A DNA stretch of 64,000 nucleotides from the NCBI GenBank assembly GCA_963825525.1, contig CAWGTN010000002.1:1568001-1632000 (forward strand), read 5' to 3'. The DNA is from an uncultured Chloroflexia bacterium. GTDB taxonomy: Bacteria > Chloroflexota > Limnocylindria > QHBO01. The translations under genes were made by a program, and so were the position numbers. Below the pieces are notes generated by a model. That model saw nothing but the letters and a program-made list of their open reading frames with translations. It did no database searches and was not told where the DNA came from. Shown here in pieces: positions 26,938-35,424 of the stretch (the first letter of the stretch is position 1; every line of letters starts with the position of its first letter).

Positions 26938-27212
26938 GACAACCGCTCGCGTGATTCGCATTAGCGGGAGCGGACGCGCTCCGATGGCACCAACAGTCGA
27001 GTTTTCACGCTCGTGGACGGGGCGCGGGCCGCGGTTTTGCCGGCTAATGCGAACCAAGCGTGCAGTTGTCCAATCGACGCTCGGCAACCTGACAACCGCG
27101 CGTGTGATTTGCATTAGGGCGGCTGTTGGCGGGGACGACCCGGCCGCCACGCACGAATAGGCGAGCCGGATGACGGCTCGACCGGCTAACGCGAACCAGG
27201 CGCGCACATGTC
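26938..27212. repeat. Four ~31-bp repeats in alternating orientation (REPIN/BIME-like)
   Basis: 26938-26968(+) GACAACCGCTCGCGTGATTCGCATTAGCGGG; 27040-27070(-) GACAACTGCACGCTTGGTTCGCATTAGCCGG; 27091-27121(+) GACAACCGCGCGTGTGATTTGCATTAGGGCG; 27182-27212(-) GACATGTGCGCGCCTGGTTCGCGTTAGCCGG. Confidence 0.85.
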
Positions 27213-27291
27213 GAGTGGGTCCATTGGATCCATTGGCGCCCTCGAGCGCCACGGACCGGTGGACAACGTGGGCAAGCTCGACCGACCCAGG

Positions 27292-28017
27292 TCAGGACTC
27301 GGAGCTGTCTCCAGAGCCCTGGTCGGTATCGGCGCTGTCGCCGCCGGCACCTTCGCCGCCGGCACCCTCGCCCTCGGCGGCACCCTCGGCACCACCCTCG
27401 CCCTCGGCACCCTCGCCCTCGGCGCCCTCGGCGACGACCGGCTCTGGCTCCTCCTCAACTCGCGGCGGGACCACGGTCGAGACCAGGGTGTCGGCGTCGG
27501 TGAGGACGTGGACCAGGTCACGATTGAGGTTGAGGTCGCGCACGTGGATCGCGACGTCCAGGCTCTTGAGCACGGAGACGTCCACCGTGATCTCATGCGG
27601 AATGTCGGTCGGCAGGGCCTTGACGTGGATGCTCGAGACGTTGTGCAGGAGGGTGCCACCCGTCTCCTCGACGGCCGGTGCCACGCCCACGAACACGAGT
27701 GGTACATCGACTTCCATCTCGACCTTGAGGTTCACGAGGTAGTAGTCGACGTGGAGGGCCTGGCCGCTCAGCGGGTGACGCTGGACGCTCTTGATGAATC
27801 CGCTGGTGCTGCGGCTGGATCCGGGAAGGCGAAACTTGACGACCGATGTCTTTCCCGCCGCGCGGTACAGGACCTCGAAGGTCTTCGCGTCCACCTGGAC
27901 GTTGGTCGAATCCTCGCCCTTGCCGTAGACGACGCCCGGAACGAGGCCGCCGCGACGCAGGCGCTTGTTCGCCTTACCCTGCGCTTCACGCGCGTCGAGG
28001 GTGAGCTCCAGGTCCAT
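27292..28017 (-). CDS. rplY: 50S ribosomal protein L25/general stress protein Ctc
   Basis: RLRRGGLVPGVVYG, VQRHP...HVDY, VDVPLVFVG, PTDIPHEITVDVS; acidic Gly/Glu tail. Confidence 0.95.
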   Translation of the reverse strand: MDLELTLDAREAQGKANKRLRRGGLVPGVVYGKGEDSTNVQVDAKTFEVLYRAAGKTSVVKFRLPGSSRSTSGFIKSVQRHPLSGQALHVDYYLVNLKVEMEVDVPLVFVGVAPAVEETGGTLLHNVSSIHVKALPTDIPHEITVDVSVLKSLDVAIHVRDLNLNRDLVHVLTDADTLVSTVVPPRVEEEPEPVVAEGAEGEGAEGEGGAEGAAEGEGAGGEGAGGDSADTDQGSGDSSES

Positions 28018-28223
28018 CGGTCGTGGTGATCCTCTCTGTTGGTCGGGCGCCTCAGACGTCCCGATCGGGGCGGCGGGCAGCGCCGAACGTTGAAATGCGC
28101 TCTTGCGTGCGAGGCGGAATGGTACCGCGACCGCCGCCCGTGGGCAAGCCGGCGTCCCTGCACGTTGCTGGTTCTTTATCGGGCCATCACCGGCCCGTCC
28201 GCCATCGTTCCTATACTGCCGCC

Positions 28224-28922
28224 ATGCCCGGCACCATCATGATCGTCGAGGATGAACCAGCCGTCGCGCGCGGCGTGCAGGTCGCGTTGGAGCGCGAAGG
28301 CTATGCCGTCAGCGTCCAGCCCACGGGCGAGGATGCCCTGACCGCCTTCGCCGATGTCTCCCCCGACCTCGTCGTGTTGGACGTTCGCCTGCCCGGCATC
28401 GACGGTTTCGAGGTCCTCCGTCAGCTTCGACGCGAGACGCGCGCGCCCGTCTTGTTCCTGACCGCACGATCGGACGAGGTGGACAAGGTCGTCGGCCTCG
28501 AGATGGGCGCCGATGACTACCTCGTCAAGCCATTCAGTGTCCGCGAGCTGGTCAGCCGCATCAAGGCGCTGCTGCGCCGAGCCTACGGCGAGCTCGCCGA
28601 TACCGAAACCGGTCGGACGATGCGGCGCAAGAACCTCGTCATCGACCTGGAGCGCAGGCGCGTCACGCGGGATGGCGAGCGCATCGGCCTCACCACCACG
28701 GAGTTCGACCTCCTTCGTCACCTGGCGACCCGCCCGGGACGGGTGTACACGCGCGGACAGCTGCTGGAGCTCGTTCGGGATTACGACGACGCCCTGGAGC
28801 AGGACGAGCGGACCATCAACGTCCACATCAGCCACATCCGCGAGAAGATCGAGCCCGATCCCAGCCTTCCCCGCTACATCCGCACGGTGAGGGGCGTTGG
28901 CTACGCATTCGCCGAGGACTGA
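28224..28922 (+). CDS. OmpR/PhoB family response regulator
   Basis: IVEDE, VVLDVRLPG, LTAR, GADDYLVKPF, RTINVHI, TVRGVGY. Leaderless (TATACT 6 nt upstream). Confidence 0.96.
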   Translation: MPGTIMIVEDEPAVARGVQVALEREGYAVSVQPTGEDALTAFADVSPDLVVLDVRLPGIDGFEVLRQLRRETRAPVLFLTARSDEVDKVVGLEMGADDYLVKPFSVRELVSRIKALLRRAYGELADTETGRTMRRKNLVIDLERRRVTRDGERIGLTTTEFDLLRHLATRPGRVYTRGQLLELVRDYDDALEQDERTINVHISHIREKIEPDPSLPRYIRTVRGVGYAFAED

Positions 28923-30468
28923 GCCCGAGCTTCCCGAGTCGCCCAGCCGGCTGCACCTGCCCAGCGGATGGACCGCCTTCTTTCAGCGCCTGAACACGCG
29001 GCTCGTCCTGGCAATCGCCTCGGTCGCCCTGGTCGGGCTGATCGTCTCGGCCCTGGCGATCAACCAGATTCTGCCGGGGTACTTCGCGGAACAGACGAAC
29101 GAGCGCCTCGGGGCGGCCGCGGTCTCGAGCGGGCTCCTCATGATCCAGACGGCGGCCGACGAGATCGCCAACAACCGGGAGGGGGTGGTGACGACGCCCG
29201 AGCTGCGCGCGCGATTCGTCGTGCAAAATTCGATCGTCTTCGCCACGCGATACATGCTGCCCGCGACGTATGCCGTCTACGACGAGTCGGGTGCGCGCGT
29301 TGCCCAGACCGGCCCCGAGGACACGGCACAGCTGGAATCGCAGGGCCTGCGCGTCGATCCGGCCACGCCCGTGAGGGCCGAGGTACCCATCGAGCTGCCG
29401 AACGGCGACAGCGTGAAATACGTCATCGAGGTCTCACGGCCGTACACGTCGCGTGCCGCCACCCTCGACCGGATCCGCTCGGCCATCGTGGGTGCCGGCG
29501 TGCTGGCCCTCGTGGCGGCGGCCGTCTTCGGTGTGGTCGCCGCCCGCCGGGTCACCGCGCCCATTCAACGCCTGCGGAGAGTTGCCAGCCGATTCGGCCA
29601 GGGAGATCTCGACGAGCGAGCGACGACGTCGGGCGTGCTGGAGGTCGACGAGCTGTCGGCCCAGTTCAACATCATGGCCGACCGACTGGCCGGAACGTTG
29701 CGAATGCTGGAGGCCGACCGCGACCGACTCCGCGAATTCGTCGCGGACGTCAGTCATGAGCTTCGAACCCCGATCGCCGCGCTGCGCATGTACAACGAGC
29801 TCCAGCGCGACGGAAAGGTCGACGAGCCGACCCGGAGCGAGTTCCTCGAGCGATCGACCGAGCAGATCGGGCGGCTGGAGTGGCTCAGCACCAACCTCCT
29901 CGACCTGTCGCGCATCGACGCGGGGATCTTCCCGCTGGATATGCGTGACGGCGACCTGCGGGACCCCGTTCAGGCGGTCGTGCAGGCGCTGAGCGAGGTG
30001 GCGGTCGCTCGCCAGATCGGCCTCACCAGCTCGGTGCCCGCCGAGCCGGTCGAGCTGCGGTTCGACCGGGAGCGGATTGTCCAGCTCATGACGAACCTCG
30101 TCGGCAACTCCCTGAAGTTCACCCACGCGGGCGGCGGCGCCTCGGTCTCGCTCCTCTCCGACCCGGAAGGCGATGTGGCCACGATCGAGGTCCGCGACAC
30201 CGGCCCGGGGATCCCGCCGGATGAGCTGCCGCGCGTCTTCGAGCGGTTCTACCGCGGGACGAACACCGGAGATGCTCGGGCGTCGGGTAGCGGCCTGGGC
30301 CTTGCCATCGTGCGCTCGATCGTGGATATGCACGGGGGTGACATCGACGTGGCAAGCGTTGCGGGAGAGGGTACGGTCTTCCGTATCACACTCCCGCGCG
30401 TGCTGGACAACGTCAACGAAACTTCACGCGGCGTGGTTCCTGCACGCAATGGACCCGAATTACCGTGA
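28897..30468 (+). CDS. HAMP-domain sensor histidine kinase
   Basis: Two TM segments, HAMP, SHELRTP, NLVGNSLKF, DTGPGI, FERFYRG, GSGLGLAI. Confidence 0.95.
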   Translation: MATHSPRTEPELPESPSRLHLPSGWTAFFQRLNTRLVLAIASVALVGLIVSALAINQILPGYFAEQTNERLGAAAVSSGLLMIQTAADEIANNREGVVTTPELRARFVVQNSIVFATRYMLPATYAVYDESGARVAQTGPEDTAQLESQGLRVDPATPVRAEVPIELPNGDSVKYVIEVSRPYTSRAATLDRIRSAIVGAGVLALVAAAVFGVVAARRVTAPIQRLRRVASRFGQGDLDERATTSGVLEVDELSAQFNIMADRLAGTLRMLEADRDRLREFVADVSHELRTPIAALRMYNELQRDGKVDEPTRSEFLERSTEQIGRLEWLSTNLLDLSRIDAGIFPLDMRDGDLRDPVQAVVQALSEVAVARQIGLTSSVPAEPVELRFDRERIVQLMTNLVGNSLKFTHAGGGASVSLLSDPEGDVATIEVRDTGPGIPPDELPRVFERFYRGTNTGDARASGSGLGLAIVRSIVDMHGGDIDVASVAGEGTVFRITLPRVLDNVNETSRGVVPARNGPELP

Positions 30469-30514
30469 GGTTGCCCGCCCGGCGAGGCAACCCCCAGCAG
30501 GAAGACACGAACGC

Positions 30515-31795
30515 ATGACGAACGAAGATCCGACCACACAACACGATCCTGACCAGACCCAGCCCGTCGAGGTCCAGAGCTACGGGCCGCCGTCTGCACG
30601 CGATCCGTGGCGCAGCGAGCACGGTCCGACCACGAATTGGTCCAGCCGCCAGCCTCGAGCCGCGACCGCACCGGCCCGAAGCGGGCTCGCCACACTGCCC
30701 GTCGTCGCCATCGCGATCGTGGCCGGCATCGTCTCCGGGGGCCTTTCGGCGCTCGCCGTGTCGAACATGGCGCAGGAGCCGGTCTCAGCGGTGACGGACG
30801 CGACCCCGACCCCGGATGCCGACAGTGTCAGTGATGTGAGGCTCGACGAGTCGAGTGCCGTCATCGACGCCGTGAACCAGGTGGCGCCGGCGGTGGTCAC
30901 GATCCAGGCATCGGGGGGCGGCCTCCTGGGCAACGCCAGCGGAACGGGCTCCGGGTTCATCTTCGATGCGGACGGCTGGATCCTCACCAACCGCCACGTA
31001 GTCCAGGATGCCAACGAGCTGACCGTGGTGCTGAGTGACGGCCGCGAGTTCCCGGGCGAGACGTACGGCGTGGACACGCTGACCGATCTGGCGATCGTGA
31101 AGATCGACGCGACGGATCTGCCGGTCGCCGCCATTGGCAGCTCGGCGCACCTGGAGCCAGGACAGGTGGCCATCGCCATCGGCAATCCGTTCGGCTACGA
31201 CAACACGGTCACGACCGGCGTCGTCTCCGGCCTCGGACGGCAGATCACGGCCGCCGATGCGACCCAGACGAGCGCCGAGACGCTGAACAACCTCATTCAG
31301 ACCGACGCGGCCATCAACCCCGGAAACTCCGGAGGGCCGCTGGTCAACAGCGCGGGCCAGGTCATCGGCGTGAATACGGCGGTGAACCAGAATGCGCAGG
31401 GCGTTGGCTTCGCGATCCCAATCGATGTGGCCAAACCCATCCTGGAGCAGGCGCTGGCCGGACAAGAGCTGATGCGCCCGTGGATCGGCGTCTACTACGT
31501 GCCGGTCACCCCGGCGCTCGCCGCGGAACAGGATCTCTCGGTTGACCACGGTGCACTCATCGGGTCGGCGTCCGGCAGCGGCCAGGCGATCTTCCCGGGG
31601 AGCCCGGCGGAAGACGCCGGACTGCGTGCCGGCGACATCATCGTGGCGGTGGACGGGACCCAGGTCGGCAGCGACGCGGACCTGTCGACGCTGATCCTGC
31701 CGCATGCCCCCGGCGACACGATCACCCTGCGCGTCCTGCGGGACAACTCGGTGACCGAGATCGACGTCACGCTCGGGGAGCTCCCGGCGGGCTGA
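30515..31795 (+). CDS. HtrA/DegP-like serine protease with PDZ domain
   Basis: TM anchor, GSGFI, LTNRHVV, DLAIVKI, QTDAAINPGNSGGPL, C-terminal PDZ. Confidence 0.95.
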   Translation: MTNEDPTTQHDPDQTQPVEVQSYGPPSARDPWRSEHGPTTNWSSRQPRAATAPARSGLATLPVVAIAIVAGIVSGGLSALAVSNMAQEPVSAVTDATPTPDADSVSDVRLDESSAVIDAVNQVAPAVVTIQASGGGLLGNASGTGSGFIFDADGWILTNRHVVQDANELTVVLSDGREFPGETYGVDTLTDLAIVKIDATDLPVAAIGSSAHLEPGQVAIAIGNPFGYDNTVTTGVVSGLGRQITAADATQTSAETLNNLIQTDAAINPGNSGGPLVNSAGQVIGVNTAVNQNAQGVGFAIPIDVAKPILEQALAGQELMRPWIGVYYVPVTPALAAEQDLSVDHGALIGSASGSGQAIFPGSPAEDAGLRAGDIIVAVDGTQVGSDADLSTLILPHAPGDTITLRVLRDNSVTEIDVTLGELPAG

Positions 31796-31820
31796 GAGGG
31801 GGCCGCCAGGCTCGAGAAGG

Positions 31821-32204
31821 CTAGGGGAGGCGGCGCCGCAGAAGCGCCGCCTCCACCGTATCGAACGGTCCGCCGATCGGAGCCTGCGGCTTGCGGACCC
31901 GGACCTCCACGGCGTCGACCACGGTGGCGTCCGTGGCTGCCAGCACCGCTCGCGCGATGGCGCTGGCCAAGGCCTCGATAAGTGCGAAGGACGGTCCTTC
32001 GACGATGCCGCGCACCAGGTCGTACATGGCCCCGTAGTCGGTCGTCGCAGCCACGTCGTCCCGGACGGCACCGGGTTCGAGGTCCGCGTGCAGGACGAGA
32101 TCGACCTCGAACGGCTGGGCGGTCGTCCGCTCCCAGTCCAGGACACCGTGCCGCGCCTCGAAGCGCATGCCGATGAGGCTGAGGCGATCGTCGAAGGTCG
32201 TCAT
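31821..32204 (-). CDS. folB: Dihydroneopterin aldolase
   Basis: ARHGVLDWER...QPFEVDL, TTDYG, LIEALA, VRKPQAPI; ATGA overlap with folP. Confidence 0.92.
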   Translation of the reverse strand: MTTFDDRLSLIGMRFEARHGVLDWERTTAQPFEVDLVLHADLEPGAVRDDVAATTDYGAMYDLVRGIVEGPSFALIEALASAIARAVLAATDATVVDAVEVRVRKPQAPIGGPFDTVEAALLRRRLP

Positions 32205-33052
32205 CGGCGAATGATCGCGTCCGCGACCCGTCGCGTGCGGGCAATCTCGGCGACATCGTGGACCCGGACCACGTCCGCGCCGGCCGCGATGGCCAGCGCA
32301 GCGCTGGCCGCGCTCCCCTCCAACCGGTCGTCCGGCCCGGCACCGCCGAGCAGCTCCCCCAGGAAGCGTTTGCGGCTGGTGCCGATCAGCAGCGGCAGTC
32401 CGCCCAGGCGATCCTTCAGCTCCGCGAGCCGATGGAGGATCTCGAGGTTCTCCGGTGTGCCCTTTCCGAAGCCGATCCCCGGGTCCACCAGCAATCGCCG
32501 GCGATCGACGCCGCGTGCCTCGGCATTGGCGACCGCCTCGGTCAGCCATGCGACAACCGACTCGAAGACCCCGTCGGGGTAGTCCGTTCCCTCGTGGTTG
32601 TGCATGAGCACGAGGTGCGCCCCGGTCGCCGCCGCCGCGTCCGCCGTCCCCGGATCACGGAGCGCCGCCCAGACGTCGTTCACGATGGTCGCACCGGCAC
32701 GGAGCGCCGCCGCGGCGACTGAACCTTTGCTCGTATCGATGCTCAGGTGGGCTCGATCGCCGACGGCCGCACTGAGTGCGCTGATCACGGGCACGGCCAG
32801 TGCGGCCTCGGTTTCGGCTTCGATCTCCGGGTGGTCACCGTAGGCGTCCCGCGGACGGGTGGATTCCGCTCCGACATCCAGGATCTCGGCACCCGCGTCC
32901 ACCATCGCTCGCCCCTGTGCGACCGCCGTTGCGACGATCTGCTCGAGATCCTGCCCGGCAACGGCGAGCCCATCGCCCGAGAACGAGTCGGGGGTGACGT
33001 TGATGATCCCCATGACATATGTCTTCGATCCCCAGGCCAGCGCCGGTCGCAT
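32201..33052 (-). CDS. folP: Dihydropteroate synthase
   Basis: MGIINVTPDSFSGDG, DVGAESTRP, SIDT, DPGIGFGK, GTSRKRF, VRVHDV. Confidence 0.96.
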   Translation of the reverse strand: MRPALAWGSKTYVMGIINVTPDSFSGDGLAVAGQDLEQIVATAVAQGRAMVDAGAEILDVGAESTRPRDAYGDHPEIEAETEAALAVPVISALSAAVGDRAHLSIDTSKGSVAAAALRAGATIVNDVWAALRDPGTADAAAATGAHLVLMHNHEGTDYPDGVFESVVAWLTEAVANAEARGVDRRRLLVDPGIGFGKGTPENLEILHRLAELKDRLGGLPLLIGTSRKRFLGELLGGAGPDDRLEGSAASAALAIAAGADVVRVHDVAEIARTRRVADAIIRR

Positions 33053-34374
33053 CAGCTCTCCTCCGCCTCTCCGGTGATCATGCCGCGGACGGCGCCGACG
33101 AGGTACAGCGAGCCCGCCACCACCAGCGGGTCGCCATCGGCCTGGCGGACGGCCTCCTCGCGGTCGGCCACGATGGTTTCGCCAGAGCCGCCGATGCGCC
33201 GCCATGCTCGTGCCAGCTCACGTGGGTCGCGGCCACCCGCGTCGTCCGCGGTCGTGAACACGAAGCGCGGTTCGATGGGTGCCAGGGCGCGCAGGATGGC
33301 TGACACGCGCTTGCCGCGCATCGCCCCGAACACGATGGTCGGGCGCCTGAGCCCCAGGTCCGCCAGCGCGCGGGCAAGCGCCCGCCCACCGTCCGGGTTG
33401 TGGGCGCCATCGAGCAGCACTCGGCCGCGGCCCAGTCGACGGCCGTTGACCACCTCGAGCCTGCCGGGCCAGCGCGCCGCCGCCAGGCCATCCCGGATCG
33501 CCTTATCCGTGATCGTGAGCCGGTGCTTCTCGACGACTGCATCGAGCAGGGCGAGCACCACCGCGGCGTTCTCGGCCTGGTGGGCGCCGATCAGCCCGAG
33601 TCGCAGGTCGCGGATGGCACCGCGGGGCGTGGACGCGTCGACGACCGTGCCATCCCAATCGATGCTCCGCACCGTTGCGCGATACGGCCCGCCGCGTCGG
33701 GCCCGTCGCAGCGGGACGTTGAGCGACGCGCAGCGCTCGAGAATCGGCCGAGCCCCGCGACCGACGGCACCGGTGACCGCCAGGTTGCCGCGCTTGATGA
33801 TGGCGGCCTTCTCGCGGCCGATGGCGGCCAGCGTCGATCCAAGGTGGGCTTCGTGGTCGCGCTGCACGTTGGTGATCGCGGCAACTCCGAGATCCAGGAC
33901 GTTGGTGGCATCCAGCCGGCCGCCCATGCCGACCTCGACGAGCACCAGGTCAACCCGCTGCCGCGCCAGCTCGGTGATGGCCGCGGCGGTGAGGGCCTCG
34001 AACTCGGTGGGGGCGCCGATATCGGCGGCGACGCGGTCGATGGCCGGAAGGACGCGGTCGACTGCCGCCGCAAAGTCCGACGGGGAGATCGGCGTGCCGT
34101 CCACCGCGATGCGCTCGCGATAGGTCACCAGGTGCGGCTTCGGCATGGTTCCGATCCGAAGGCCGGACTCGCCCAGGACGCTCCGCGCCATGGCAACGAC
34201 CGACCCCTTGCCATTCGTCCCGCCGACAAGCACTCCACGCAGCACTCGATCGGGTCGACCGAGCTCAGCCATGAGTCGCTCGATGCGTTCGAGACCCAGG
34301 CTGATGCCGAACCGACCACGCTCGGTCAGCGCGGACACGGCCTCGCGGTAGGTGAGGTCCGGAACGCCGCTCAC
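33052..34374 (-). CDS. folC: Dihydrofolate/folylpolyglutamate synthase
   Basis: GTNGKGS, PHL..YRER, TEFE, EVGMGGRLDATN, WPGRLE, LDGAHN, GSLYLVG. Confidence 0.96.
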   Translation of the reverse strand: MSGVPDLTYREAVSALTERGRFGISLGLERIERLMAELGRPDRVLRGVLVGGTNGKGSVVAMARSVLGESGLRIGTMPKPHLVTYRERIAVDGTPISPSDFAAAVDRVLPAIDRVAADIGAPTEFEALTAAAITELARQRVDLVLVEVGMGGRLDATNVLDLGVAAITNVQRDHEAHLGSTLAAIGREKAAIIKRGNLAVTGAVGRGARPILERCASLNVPLRRARRGGPYRATVRSIDWDGTVVDASTPRGAIRDLRLGLIGAHQAENAAVVLALLDAVVEKHRLTITDKAIRDGLAAARWPGRLEVVNGRRLGRGRVLLDGAHNPDGGRALARALADLGLRRPTIVFGAMRGKRVSAILRALAPIEPRFVFTTADDAGGRDPRELARAWRRIGGSGETIVADREEAVRQADGDPLVVAGSLYLVGAVRGMITGEAEES

Positions 34375-34381
34375 GGGACGA

Positions 34382-34939
34382 TCAGTCGGCCGCGTCCTCG
34401 AAGAAGACGCAGTCGTTGAACTGGCCGGTGAGACACAGGTCGTTGACGTAGCCGGAGTCCAGGTGGACGCCCCCGCGCAGCTCGCAGCGGCTGACCGTCC
34501 CCTCCTGCTTGGCGAGCGTGCGCATGAGCTGCGGGGCCTGGATCGGAACCCGGCCCTTCTGGCCCTGGGTCAGGTAGAAGTGCGGGCAATGGTGCCGGCG
34601 CGGCTTCGAGTAGCCGAGCGGCATGCCGCGGCGCCCGACATGGACGGCCAGTGGCTCGGCCGTCCCGGCGAAACGCTTCTCGGCAATGACGCATCGGCCC
34701 GGCTCGCACTCCTTGTCCTCGTGGCAGCACGCGCGTGCGGGACCGATGCCCTCGACAGCCCACAGCTCCCAGCACGGACGTCGAAGGATGAACGCCGGGC
34801 ATCGGTATCGGATGGTGAGGTCGCAGTTCTCGACCTCCCAGCACATGGTGCGTCGGTCGTCGCCACGTCGGTCGGGGGCGAAGGGGTCGTTCGCCTCGCG
34901 CCGGTCGCCGCCGGCGCGGCGTTCGGTCTTGATGATCAT
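34382..34939 (-). CDS. Cys-rich hypothetical protein (two-CW-domain-like, 12 Cys)
   Basis: CWEVENC...CPAF...CWEL; N-terminal ERRxxxDRR/DRRxxDRR; own promoter (TACACT) and GAGGAGG SD. Confidence 0.7.
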   Translation of the reverse strand: MIIKTERRAGGDRREANDPFAPDRRGDDRRTMCWEVENCDLTIRYRCPAFILRRPCWELWAVEGIGPARACCHEDKECEPGRCVIAEKRFAGTAEPLAVHVGRRGMPLGYSKPRRHHCPHFYLTQGQKGRVPIQAPQLMRTLAKQEGTVSRCELRGGVHLDSGYVNDLCLTGQFNDCVFFEDAAD

Positions 34940-35004
34940 GGGTGCTCGGGCAGCCTCCTCGGCGCGAGTGTAGCGGCTGCCCGAGTGCTCGTGGGCGGAA
35001 CGCC

Positions 35005-35337
35005 TCAGGCCAGGAATTGGCTGAGTCGCTCCTCCATGACCTCCTGGGGCATGTAGCCGACCAGGCGGGCCGCCTCGCGACCGTTCTGGAACACGATGAG
35101 GGTGGGAATGCTGAAGATGCTGTAGCGCATCGCAAGCTGCTGGTTCTCATCGGTGTTGACCTTGGCGATCGACATCTTCTCGCCGTGCTTGTCGCCCATG
35201 CTCTCGACCACCGGTGAGACGAGGCGGCAGGGGCCGCACCAGGGGGCCCAGAAGTCGACGAGGACGGGCTTGTCTGCGTTGAGTACCTCCGACTCAAAGG
35301 TCGATTCGTCGACCGAGATCGGGGCGGTGGTTGCCAT
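35005..35337 (-). CDS. trxA: Thioredoxin
   Basis: VLVDFWAPWCGPCR, SIPTL. Confidence 0.96.
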   Translation of the reverse strand: MATTAPISVDESTFESEVLNADKPVLVDFWAPWCGPCRLVSPVVESMGDKHGEKMSIAKVNTDENQQLAMRYSIFSIPTLIVFQNGREAARLVGYMPQEVMEERLSQFLA

Positions 35338-35424
35338 CTTGAACGAGGTGCCTCCCAAGCGTGGAAACGGGATCGCGGTCATCGTAGCACCGGCCTCGCA
35401 TCCTTGGGCATCGGCCGGGGACCG

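Noticed and set aside
26938-27212. Possible CRISPR array
   Set aside because: Repeats alternate in orientation, spacers are 20-71 bp, copies are diverged and no cas genes are present. Kept as a REP-like repeat.
27219-27236. GGTCCA-T-TGGATC resembling the ku-proximal palindrome GGTCCA-G-TGGACC
   Set aside because: Short, imperfect and not in an obvious promoter position; could be chance.
27300-27440. GCACCCTCGCCCTCG-type repeats
   Set aside because: Encodes the acidic GEGAEG tail of L25/Ctc.
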